In this document: positions 10,381 to 18,058 of the stretch, piece after piece
Numbering within the stretch: the stretch's first letter is position 1
Layout of the letters: each line of letters begins with the position of its first letter
Assembly (NCBI GenBank): GCA_955652915.1
Contig: CATPCJ010000247.1
Location: forward strand, 1-60,479
Source of the DNA: an uncultured Bryobacteraceae bacterium
GTDB taxonomy: Bacteria > Acidobacteriota > Terriglobia > Bryobacterales > Bryobacteraceae
Direction: 5' to 3'
DNA length: 60,479 nt
The notes under the pieces: generated by a model
Databases searched by the model: none
What the model was told of the DNA's origin: nothing
The model's input: only the letters and a program-made list of their open reading frames with translations
Program-made: the position numbers and the translations under genes

Positions 10381-11896
10381 TTCTTCTCCCTCCTTTTCGC
10401 TGCCGGCGGACCTGGATGTCTTTGAGGCTTGGAACTTCTCCTGGTTTCAGACCGTAGTAGTCGTAGCCAACAATCCGCGCATGGGGGAAATTTTCGTTGG
10501 GCCGGTAGATTGTGGCCGGCGGCCAATTGTCCATGGTAGGCGCATCGCAGAAAGGACATACTCGATCCTGGTCCTCCAATAAATAGCCACAGCGGATCGG
10601 CTCTGGCTGGGCTTGCACCAAAGCACCGGTTTCCGGATCGGGAACAAATATCTTGATTAGCGGTGTGTACCGGTTCCGGCACCGGCGCACTCGAATCGAT
10701 TCGTAGGAGGGCGGGTCGCCTAAATAAAACAGGCATTCCATCGTGCCCCGGTACCGGCGATACTCACCACTCGGACTCGGACGCTCCTCCGGCTCCGCCT
10801 CGAATTTGCCGACCCGAATTTGCCCCCAACGAGTCCGCCGATCCGACCGGCGGAGTAGTCCGGCACCCAGATAGGCGCCGTACATGCCTTCGGCAAACGA
10901 ATTTGCATGGGGATTGGGTAGCTGGCCGCGGACCGCGTTAATAACTGAGCGTGACAAGCTAATATCCGCTGGACGCCATTTCTCCAGACGATGGCGGTCC
11001 TTACAGTACCATCCGCCACATTGGCACTCTAGCACGTCGAAGTCGCCTTCCAGGCGCGCCGAGCGCCCCGGTGGAACTGGACTCTCCGGCCCCAAATTCG
11101 CGGGACCTTTAAGTTCTTTGATCCTGACCTGCAAATCACCGCATCGTATCACGGCTCGATTTCCGTCGCGGAAAAGCCTCGATGCATCGTTTTGGAAGGG
11201 GGCAATGACCATGTCACCCTGTGGCTGAAGCGTCAAGTTCGATCCGGGCAGCATCGTTAGGGCACGCACGCCGTTCACGGCGATGTCTGCCGCTTCGCCG
11301 CGGTAAGAGACGGTAACTTGACCGTTTGAGTAACTCAGGCTGTGCTCCGGGTCAAGGTACCACGCTAGTAATTTGTCGGCGATTTTGTGGACCGTATCGG
11401 CATCCTCAAGATAGTCCCATCCGCCAGCCGTCATCAGGCAATTGACGGAGTTCTCAAGAAACCGATTTGCAATGTTCACAGCCTCGATGAATTGGAACCT
11501 GAGCCATGCTGCCGCCCGGGGCCATCGGTGTTCAGGAGTAGTTGGATGTCCGTTGAGGACAGTGCGTCGCCATCCCAGGCCGTAAGCGACACAGCAGTCC
11601 ACGGCGTGGTTGAACGCGGGAGCCGCATTGGCGGCGAACTCGATGGCGAGTTGATTCACGATGGCCTCGTGGTGGGCCGTAACTAGATGTGCCCACGCTA
11701 CCGCACCGCCGATTGGGGCGAAATCCTTTGTCAGAACTCCGATGCAAACGGCAACACGCACCTCGATTGCAGTTGGGTTTCCAACCATGACCGCTTGAAC
11801 TTGGGTCTCCAGGCTCTCGATTTCTGGCGAAACCAGGGCTTCGAGATGGTGATTGCCGGATATCTCAAGAGCGCATACCAGATCATCAAAATTCAT
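10370..11896 (-). CDS. hypothetical protein with Cys-rich C-terminal region
   Basis: The ORF extends to 12010. ATG 11896 (MNFDDLV...) has GGAG 6 nt upstream. The C-terminal part contains CQCGGWYC and CGY...CPFC clusters. Confidence 0.5.
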   Translation of the reverse strand: MNFDDLVCALEISGNHHLEALVSPEIESLETQVQAVMVGNPTAIEVRVAVCIGVLTKDFAPIGGAVAWAHLVTAHHEAIVNQLAIEFAANAAPAFNHAVDCCVAYGLGWRRTVLNGHPTTPEHRWPRAAAWLRFQFIEAVNIANRFLENSVNCLMTAGGWDYLEDADTVHKIADKLLAWYLDPEHSLSYSNGQVTVSYRGEAADIAVNGVRALTMLPGSNLTLQPQGDMVIAPFQNDASRLFRDGNRAVIRCGDLQVRIKELKGPANLGPESPVPPGRSARLEGDFDVLECQCGGWYCKDRHRLEKWRPADISLSRSVINAVRGQLPNPHANSFAEGMYGAYLGAGLLRRSDRRTRWGQIRVGKFEAEPEERPSPSGEYRRYRGTMECLFYLGDPPSYESIRVRRCRNRYTPLIKIFVPDPETGALVQAQPEPIRCGYLLEDQDRVCPFCDAPTMDNWPPATIYRPNENFPHARIVGYDYYGLKPGEVPSLKDIQVRRQRKGGRRNDG

Positions 11897-12204
11897 TCTC
11901 AACTCCAGTGAGAGGTTGCCGGCGGATGGAGGCAGTATGGCCGCCATTTCCAGGCCGCAACGGTTCCATAGACATATCGCACTGAAAACAAAGGATGATC
12001 GGGCACACATTGCTACCAGTCATCACTAGAAGTCGCATCCTTAAACCTCCGTCTTCGAGTGGCTATCAACTCCCAAACCTATTAGGGAGCTGCCCCCGGC
12101 AACTGAGCCTTCCGCTTCACCCGAATCACAATAACGTGACGTGACGAGCATTTTTATTTCAACAACTCTGGAAATCGCGGCAGTCAATCCCTGGTGCGCT
12201 ACAG

Positions 12205-12438
12205 TCAGGAGGTATCCCCCACCAGCGTGCGACTTAACTTTCTGGCCGCCTGGTTCTGACTCCAAGGCTCTAATCCAAAGTCGTACGGATTGTCGCGAGC
12301 AACCGCATCCCAGCGCGGAACTCCCCATACGGAACCACACTGCTCGCATTTCCACAGTTTGGCAAACCGTCCCATCTCGTTCTTGAATATTGTCACCGCG
12401 GCTTTGCCACGGCATCTTGGACAAATACGATCGATCAT
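12205..12438 (-). CDS. small zinc-ribbon protein
   Basis: AAGGAGAG RBS 5 nt before ATG 12438. The CPRC...CEQC pair suggests a Zn ribbon. 77 aa. Confidence 0.4.
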   Translation of the reverse strand: MIDRICPRCRGKAAVTIFKNEMGRFAKLWKCEQCGSVWGVPRWDAVARDNPYDFGLEPWSQNQAARKLSRTLVGDTS

Positions 12439-12528
12439 ATTCTCTCCTTCATTTCTCCGGGACCCAGCAGGCTGTTGAAATACATTCCGGTCCAGATTAT
12501 TGATCCACGCGACCGGCACGTTGCGTCT

Positions 12529-12601
12529 TCATTGCCTTTGGCTGTAGGCTCATGGAGCACTCCCTTACGGTCGCGGTTCTGTAAGTTTGGAACCATGACC
12601 G
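12529..12601. repeat. REP-like palindromic element, copy A
   Basis: Shares an exact 25-mer (gcactcccttacggtcgcggttctg, 12557-12581) and ~55 nt of homology with 56586-56641 on the opposite strand. It has an internal inverted repeat, cggtcgcggttc / gaaccatgaccg. Confidence 0.7.
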
Positions 12602-12808
12602 CTAGATAAGCATCCAGATCAAAGCGGCAATTTCGACTGCCGGAATAAACCAGATATAGAATTCGCTCCTGTATCGCGGAGAAGCGATGATCCGATCCTC
12701 GATAATGTGAGGATGTTTGGAGTTCTTGCAAGCAAAGACGAGGCGATCCCGCTCCCACCGATGCTCCACTTGTCTCCCGCATCGTCCGCAGTCCCAATAA
12801 ACTCGCAT
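12602..12808 (-). CDS. small Zn-ribbon-like protein with C-terminal TM helix
   Basis: GGAGG 11 nt before ATG 12808. Contains CGRCG...CKNSKHPH, and the C-terminus FYIWFIPAVEIAALIWMLI is hydrophobic. Confidence 0.35.
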   Translation of the reverse strand: MRVYWDCGRCGRQVEHRWERDRLVFACKNSKHPHIIEDRIIASPRYRSEFYIWFIPAVEIAALIWMLI

Positions 12809-13151
12809 GGCCAACCTGCCTCCAGCGAGAGTTAGGCCGCTGTCCGGCAGCCAGGAGGGTTTATCGAGTGAGGCGGCAAGGGCTGAAATGGGAGCTAAGA
12901 CTCAAAATCAGGAAAAGACCGACACGGTAGGGGCCGGATCGAACCGGATGAAGCTGTATTGCTCAGGTCAAGCGTGCGGTAGAGACATGCGCGTCGAGTG
13001 CAATTCCAACGTTTCAGAGGCGGATTGCACCCTCGGATTCTTTCCCCCGTCGAACCGTGTGCTCAACGCCTCGGCGCGAGTTTGCAGGACGCCCCCTGAT
13101 TCTTCTTTGAATTCAAGCAGTAGAAATGTGTTAGGATCTGTGCGTATTGGG

Positions 13152-13342
13152 CACCCGTAGCTTAATTGGTACGAAGACGCTCGCGGGAACCTTTGGAAGC
13201 TTGGTTTGGGAGACGGGCAGCTTTTTCCAGGGTATCAATGCCGGTAGCTCGTTCCTTGTGGAAGAAGCGGAACAAAAGGGTCTCAAAAGCACCAGTTTTG
13301 GGAACTGGGAGATGCGGGTTCGAATCCCGTCAGGTGCGCCAT
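13152..13342 (+). tRNA. tRNA gene, anticodon UGG (Pro-type anticodon arm), interrupted by a 115-nt insertion between A21 and nt 22 (possibly a pseudogene)
   Basis: 13152-13172 reads GCACCCG-TA-GCTT-AATTGGTA. 13288-13342 reads AAGC-A-CCAGT-TTTGGGA-ACTGG-GAGAT-GCGGG-TTCGAAT-CCCGT-CAGGTGC-G-CCA. Joined, they form a canonical 76-nt cloverleaf. Confidence 0.6.
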
Positions 13343-13413
13343 CTTTGCTCTTATTCTCCGGTCATTGTTTCCGGAAATGGCCGCGCGGTTTAATCTCTGT
13401 TTGGTCAGTTTCC

Positions 13414-13438
13414 GGCCCACCGGATGTTTCGGTGGGCC
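13414..13438 (+). terminator. stem-loop downstream of the tRNA (possible terminator, no U-tract)
   Basis: GGCCCACCG-gatgttt-CGGTGGGCC, a perfect 9-bp stem. Confidence 0.25.
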
Positions 13439-13468
13439 GATTCAACGATGAAAGGAGGTGATAACAAA

Positions 13469-13777
13469 ATGGACAACAACAAGGAGCTACAGAACCTGGT
13501 AGGCTCGCTGGGTGCAGTCAGCCGCAGTTTGGCTGATACCGCCGCGTCATTGGCGGAGAATGCTGTGCCAGTCGCCGTACCAGTAAAGACGTCCGGGAAA
13601 GCTGCTGCTCCACCGGGCGTTTTGGCTGCCATTGCGGCTGGCGCACCAGTCTCACTGCCACCCGCCGGGCTGCCACTGGCGCGAACCTTGAGCGACCACG
13701 CCGCACCAGTGGCGAGGTCTGCTCCATTGATCGCGCCAGCCGTTCCAGTCTTTGCGCCACTGGTTAAAGTCCAGTGA
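13469..13777 (+). CDS. small Ala/Pro-rich hypothetical protein
   Basis: AGGAGG 10 nt upstream of ATG 13469. The 102-aa sequence is low-complexity (AAPPGVLAAIAAGAPV...). Confidence 0.4.
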   Translation: MDNNKELQNLVGSLGAVSRSLADTAASLAENAVPVAVPVKTSGKAAAPPGVLAAIAAGAPVSLPPAGLPLARTLSDHAAPVARSAPLIAPAVPVFAPLVKVQ

Positions 13778-13839
13778 AGCGAAGATGAGAGCGTTGAAAC
13801 CCTGGAGTGAAACCCTGGAATAGATTACCCTGGACCGTG

Positions 13840-13864
13840 GGGCGCCGCTTGATACCCGGCGCCC
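13840..13864. terminator. GC-rich hairpin between convergent genes
   Basis: GGGCGCCG-cttgatacc-CGGCGCCC, an 8-bp stem between the stops at 13777 (+) and 13873 (-). Confidence 0.3.
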
Positions 13865-13872
13865 TCTATCGT

Positions 13873-14820
13873 CTATTTGCTCGCGCTCCGGGAATGCAAC
13901 GGGAATCCCTGTTCGAACATTGCGTCGGCAACCTCGCGCAACTCGAAGGCTCCCGCATCCCGGAACACCCGTAGCGTGGCCCGGCTGGCAGCGCGCGCAT
14001 TGGCGAGTAGCGTTTCCGGCGGGTAGCTCTCTTCCAGTATCGTTTCCGCCTCACGCACACTATAGTGTCGCCGGAGAAATGCGCGGATGGCGGGATCGTC
14101 GACCTTCAAGAATCCCAAAATAAACCGGGGCAGGGAGCTTCCGATGGTGACTTGGAGGCGCCGGGGCATCTGGGGCCATGCGATTCGACACACCTTGGCG
14201 AAGAACGCGTGGTGGTGAACCTCGTCCTCAGCGTGGTCCGCGGCCATTTCCCGAACCGCGGGAATCACATCGTCCGCTTGGGGAATACACAAGAGGGACC
14301 CGGAGATCAGAGTTTCGGAAACGACAACAAAGAATAGCTCTACCCAGGCCCGCGCTTCCGGCTCCGCCGCGGACACAGCCGAGTGGAAAAACTCCAACCC
14401 AGGATGCCCTGACCCTCCATCGAACCGGAATCCCGTTGCAGCCTGGATCTGAAACATCAGATCGGCCGAAAAGAGAGAATGATAACCCTCATCGCAGTAA
14501 ATTTTGCGGGCGTCCAAGAGGGCGTCTTGCGGAAGGGAGAGCCCGGCAAGTCCGTCGGCCAATTTCCGCACTGTCCGATTCACCACTTCGTGCTCCAGAC
14601 GATCCGTGAAATGAAGGTACGAAAATAACTGCTGCATCAAGCCTTCCCGGACGATCTTTGGGTCGGCGGAGGCGAGAAGGGGGTGCTTTATGAACGGAGT
14701 AAGTTCCGCGGGAAAACATCCAAGCCCTTGCTGTTCAAGCTGCTGCCCCAGCAACCTCCTTGGCCTGGAGCGGACGGTGGCTCGTTGATGCCAATCCCCG
14801 AGCACCGTCTTATACTCCAC
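13873..14820 (-). CDS. AurF/CmlI-family diiron (N-)oxygenase-like protein
   Basis: Ligand-like pattern DRLEHE ... CDEGYH (ExxH) ... VSETL ... ADHAEDEVHHH (HxxxExxH). GTG start. Confidence 0.65.
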   Translation of the reverse strand: MEYKTVLGDWHQRATVRSRPRRLLGQQLEQQGLGCFPAELTPFIKHPLLASADPKIVREGLMQQLFSYLHFTDRLEHEVVNRTVRKLADGLAGLSLPQDALLDARKIYCDEGYHSLFSADLMFQIQAATGFRFDGGSGHPGLEFFHSAVSAAEPEARAWVELFFVVVSETLISGSLLCIPQADDVIPAVREMAADHAEDEVHHHAFFAKVCRIAWPQMPRRLQVTIGSSLPRFILGFLKVDDPAIRAFLRRHYSVREAETILEESYPPETLLANARAASRATLRVFRDAGAFELREVADAMFEQGFPLHSRSASK

Positions 14821-14974
14821 CGTCTTCCCCCCACCCTTTCAGCATTTTTCCGCACGCGCCGGTTTGCCAGTTCCGATTAACGCGATATAGTCTTGAATCG
14901 TATCACAATCGCCGGACAACCCAAGACGGCCCGTCAAATTGTCGCGATTTTATTTCTGGTGATACGATAAGCTG

Positions 14975-15814
14975 GTGCAGAGCATCACCGAATCCTTACA
15001 GGCGGCATATCGTGAAAGATCCAAAATGTTCGATGCAATCTGTAATGCCTCTCCCTGGCATCGTTTGTATCGCGAAACCACGCTGACCGCGATCGATCGC
15101 ACGCTGTCCACACTCCCGCCAGGTCCACTCCGCATTCTCGATGCCGGCGGGGGTACGGGCTTGATGGCGGAGTGGCTCGCTAAAAAGGGTCATCACGTCG
15201 TGCTGGTCGACACTCTTCCGGATATGCTCGAGATCTCGCGAAAGAAGAGCCGCGAAACTCCCTTTGAAGTGCGTCAAGGCGATCTCTCGGATCTGTCCTG
15301 GCTCGATCCGGAATCTTTCGACGCAATCGTTTGCACCCAAGTGCTGAACTTTTTCCCAGACTTGGGCGCCGTGTTCCAGCAATTCGCCGGCGTGCTCAAA
15401 CCGTCGGGCATGGTGTTCGCCGATATCGACAATCCACTACGCTGGTGCCTGATTGAGGCGTTGGACGGTCAAATCGAGAATGCTATCGCGATCGTCCGGT
15501 CGGGAAAGGACGAACGCCGGAACATCGTCGGGGCGGATTATTTCTTTCACCGTAAGCAAGATCTGGCCGAGATCGTCGCATCCGCCGGGTTGAGACTGGA
15601 AGCTTCCTGGGGGGTTGCGTACATCGCCCCCTATGTGCATATTTTTGCGCGATCGCAAGAGTTCCTTACTCCTGAAAAGCTCCCTGAGCGAGCTGCGTTC
15701 TTCGCTCGCGAAGAGAACTATGAAAAGCTCAGGGCCCTGGAAGCGGAACTGGCGGCGCTCGACTTATGCGACGAAATGGCCGGCTACTTGCAGTTTTTCT
15801 GCGTTAAGCACTGA
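14975..15814 (+). CDS. class I SAM-dependent methyltransferase
   Basis: Motif I ILDAGGGTGLMAEWLAKKGHHVVLVD, with the acidic post-I residue and motif II/III spacing. Confidence 0.8.
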   Translation: MQSITESLQAAYRERSKMFDAICNASPWHRLYRETTLTAIDRTLSTLPPGPLRILDAGGGTGLMAEWLAKKGHHVVLVDTLPDMLEISRKKSRETPFEVRQGDLSDLSWLDPESFDAIVCTQVLNFFPDLGAVFQQFAGVLKPSGMVFADIDNPLRWCLIEALDGQIENAIAIVRSGKDERRNIVGADYFFHRKQDLAEIVASAGLRLEASWGVAYIAPYVHIFARSQEFLTPEKLPERAAFFAREENYEKLRALEAELAALDLCDEMAGYLQFFCVKH

Positions 15815-15825
15815 GGCGCCCTTCC

Positions 15826-16752
15826 ATGCTGAAACGAGGCTTCTTCTCCAATATCATGGTCGCCACCTACGTGGTGGACGCGGCCCTGATTGCAGCCGAA
15901 CATTCGCTCGGTGGCGACTGGCACGAAAAGATGATGCTGGCTCTCATCGTCCTTATGTTCGGCAAGTTCATCGACCTATCGGTCAGCTTGGCTAAGCTCG
16001 AGCGTGAGAATTCGCCCTGGAAGGAAGAGCAGCAGTTTATCGAGGACCACCCGGATTTCGCCGCCTGGGTCAGGTCGGTGATTGGAAACTACAACCGAGC
16101 CCAAGGCTTCACAAATAACACTTACCAGGAGCACCTCCAAGAGGATTTGGAGGAGTTCCGGGTCAGGATGGGCCGTTACAGCCACGGACATATCGAGAAT
16201 TCACAGGAGCGTCCGCCGGGCTTCTTCTACCGTCATCCGGACTATTTCGAACGGGACACAGAGAAGCGCATGGTGGCCACGTGCATTGTGGAGCGCGGCG
16301 CGTTTTGGGAGGTAGGTTCTTCGAAGTTGCTGCTGGAGCGGCAGGGCCAATTAGCGAGCAGGGGTATCGAAGTGATGCGTATCTTTATCGAGCGTAAAGA
16401 GGGGCTGGCCAGACTGCAACCCGCCATCGACCTGCATCAACAGAATTGCGTTCCCGTGCGCATCGCCTTGATCGATGACGACAGTAACCCGGTGCCGGAG
16501 CGGCTGCATAACGACTTCATGGTTATCGACGAGAGTGTGTTGATCCGGCAGGAAATGAGGAACGGTAAGCTCGCCAGCACCAAAGTCTGGCTCGGACAGG
16601 ATACCGAGGGAAAGCGCGAAATCGACATAGCTCTACTCGATTTTGAGTCGCTCAAGACGGAGTACAGCCTTCCTCCCGTGGAAGCGTTTCGCCGTGCTGG
16701 TATCCCAATGGTAGCGGCCACCAAACAACTTGCTCCGCCGCCTCAAAAGTGA
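15826..16752 (+). CDS. hypothetical protein
   Basis: 308-aa ORF starting 11 nt after the upstream stop. The N-terminus is hydrophobic. No motif recognised. Confidence 0.55.
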   Translation: MLKRGFFSNIMVATYVVDAALIAAEHSLGGDWHEKMMLALIVLMFGKFIDLSVSLAKLERENSPWKEEQQFIEDHPDFAAWVRSVIGNYNRAQGFTNNTYQEHLQEDLEEFRVRMGRYSHGHIENSQERPPGFFYRHPDYFERDTEKRMVATCIVERGAFWEVGSSKLLLERQGQLASRGIEVMRIFIERKEGLARLQPAIDLHQQNCVPVRIALIDDDSNPVPERLHNDFMVIDESVLIRQEMRNGKLASTKVWLGQDTEGKREIDIALLDFESLKTEYSLPPVEAFRRAGIPMVAATKQLAPPPQK

Positions 16753-16773
16753 TCGGGCGGCCATCGGCCTGGG

Positions 16774-17916
16774 GTGCTCATGCTGAATCGACAGCCTCTT
16801 CGCTGCTGGGCTGAAATCTCGCGGCGACAGATCGGGGAGAATTTCGACGCGGTCCGCCGCCTGGTCGCGCCGGCAGTGGAATTGGCGCCCGTGGTAAAGG
16901 CCGATGCTTGCGGCCATGGCGCTGTCGAAGTCTCGCGTATCCTCTGCGAGCGCGGCGCGCGGTGGCTGGCGGTTGCAAGCACCGGCGAAGGCGTCCGCTT
17001 GCGCGAAGCGGGTGTCGGTGTCCGCATACTCGTGATGGCGGATTTTCTCCAGGTCGAACCATCCGCGCTGATCGGGTATGGCCTGACGCCGGTTGTCCAT
17101 TCTTTGCCCGATATCCTCGCCTGGGACAAGCTCAACCGCCAGCACGGAGTCTCCCGCCCGTACCACCTTAAAGTGGATACGGGGCTGTGCCGACTGGGCA
17201 CTCGCGCCACCGCGCCGGAGATCGCCGAGGCCGTGAGGGGATGCTCGGCGGCACAGATCGAAGGATTGATGACTCACTTCGCGTCCGCCGCGGATTACAC
17301 CGGCGCCCAGACCACGGAACAAATCACGTCTTTTCTCCAACTCGCGGCTGCACTCAGACAGTGCGGCATTGCGATCCGCTATCTGCACCTCTCCGGGACG
17401 GTCCCGATTGCGTACGGGCGCAGGGAGGCATGGCAACAGATGGTGCGGCCAGGCCACGCGATCTACGGTTATGTCGCGCCGGCTTCGGGCGATGCCGCGC
17501 CGCCGAGCATGCTGCATGTTCGGCCCGCGCTGACATGGAAGGCTTCTATTCTCGCGATCAAGGATGTGCCTCTGGGCGCCGGCATCGGCTATCGAGCAAC
17601 GTACCGCGCACCCGCGCCCATGCGCCTCGCGATCCTGGCCGCGGGCTATGCCGACGGCATCCCGCACCAACTCGCAAACACCGGCCAAGTCATCGCGGGC
17701 GGCAAGCTCGCGCCCATCGTCGGCGCGGTCGGCATGGATCTGACATCCATCGACATCACCAGCTCACCGCACTTGCAGCCAGGGGATGCGGTTACTCTGC
17801 TCGGTTCAGAAGGCGGCATCTCGATCGACGCACAACAGCTCGGCCAAATGGCCGGCACAAGTTCTTACAGCATTCTCTGCGGGATCGCGGCCAGAGTCAA
17901 GCGTGTCTGGGTATAA
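16774..17916 (+). CDS. alr: alanine racemase
   Basis: PLP-lysine motif APVVKADACGHG (consensus VVKANAYGHG). Its length and C-terminal beta domain are typical. Confidence 0.85.
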   Translation: MLMLNRQPLRCWAEISRRQIGENFDAVRRLVAPAVELAPVVKADACGHGAVEVSRILCERGARWLAVASTGEGVRLREAGVGVRILVMADFLQVEPSALIGYGLTPVVHSLPDILAWDKLNRQHGVSRPYHLKVDTGLCRLGTRATAPEIAEAVRGCSAAQIEGLMTHFASAADYTGAQTTEQITSFLQLAAALRQCGIAIRYLHLSGTVPIAYGRREAWQQMVRPGHAIYGYVAPASGDAAPPSMLHVRPALTWKASILAIKDVPLGAGIGYRATYRAPAPMRLAILAAGYADGIPHQLANTGQVIAGGKLAPIVGAVGMDLTSIDITSSPHLQPGDAVTLLGSEGGISIDAQQLGQMAGTSSYSILCGIAARVKRVWV

Positions 17917-18058
17917 GGCTGGGAGGTACGGATGGTGCATCCGCACCCTTACGAAGCAGTGAAAAAATCGGTCACGGCTACGCCAGGATTCTCTCGTTTT
18001 GCCGGCGGGTGTAAATCGGCATGACGGCCAGCAAGGTAAACTATCATAATTGTACGTA

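Noticed and set aside
13173-13287. GAAGAC (BbsI), AAGCTT (HindIII) and GGTCTC (BsaI) sites in the tRNA insert, suggesting an engineered Golden-Gate cassette
   Set aside because: The two type IIS sites are for different enzymes and both cut in the same direction, so they do not form a drop-out arrangement. Six-mers like these are expected by chance, and the surrounding context is an environmental contig.
12041-13461. ORFs 12041..12424, 12435..12797, 12807..13160, 13147..13461 and 13166..13393
   Set aside because: They overlap better-supported small genes, the REP element, the tRNA-like fragments or the split tRNA. They have no RBS, and their translations look like read-through of structured or repetitive DNA.
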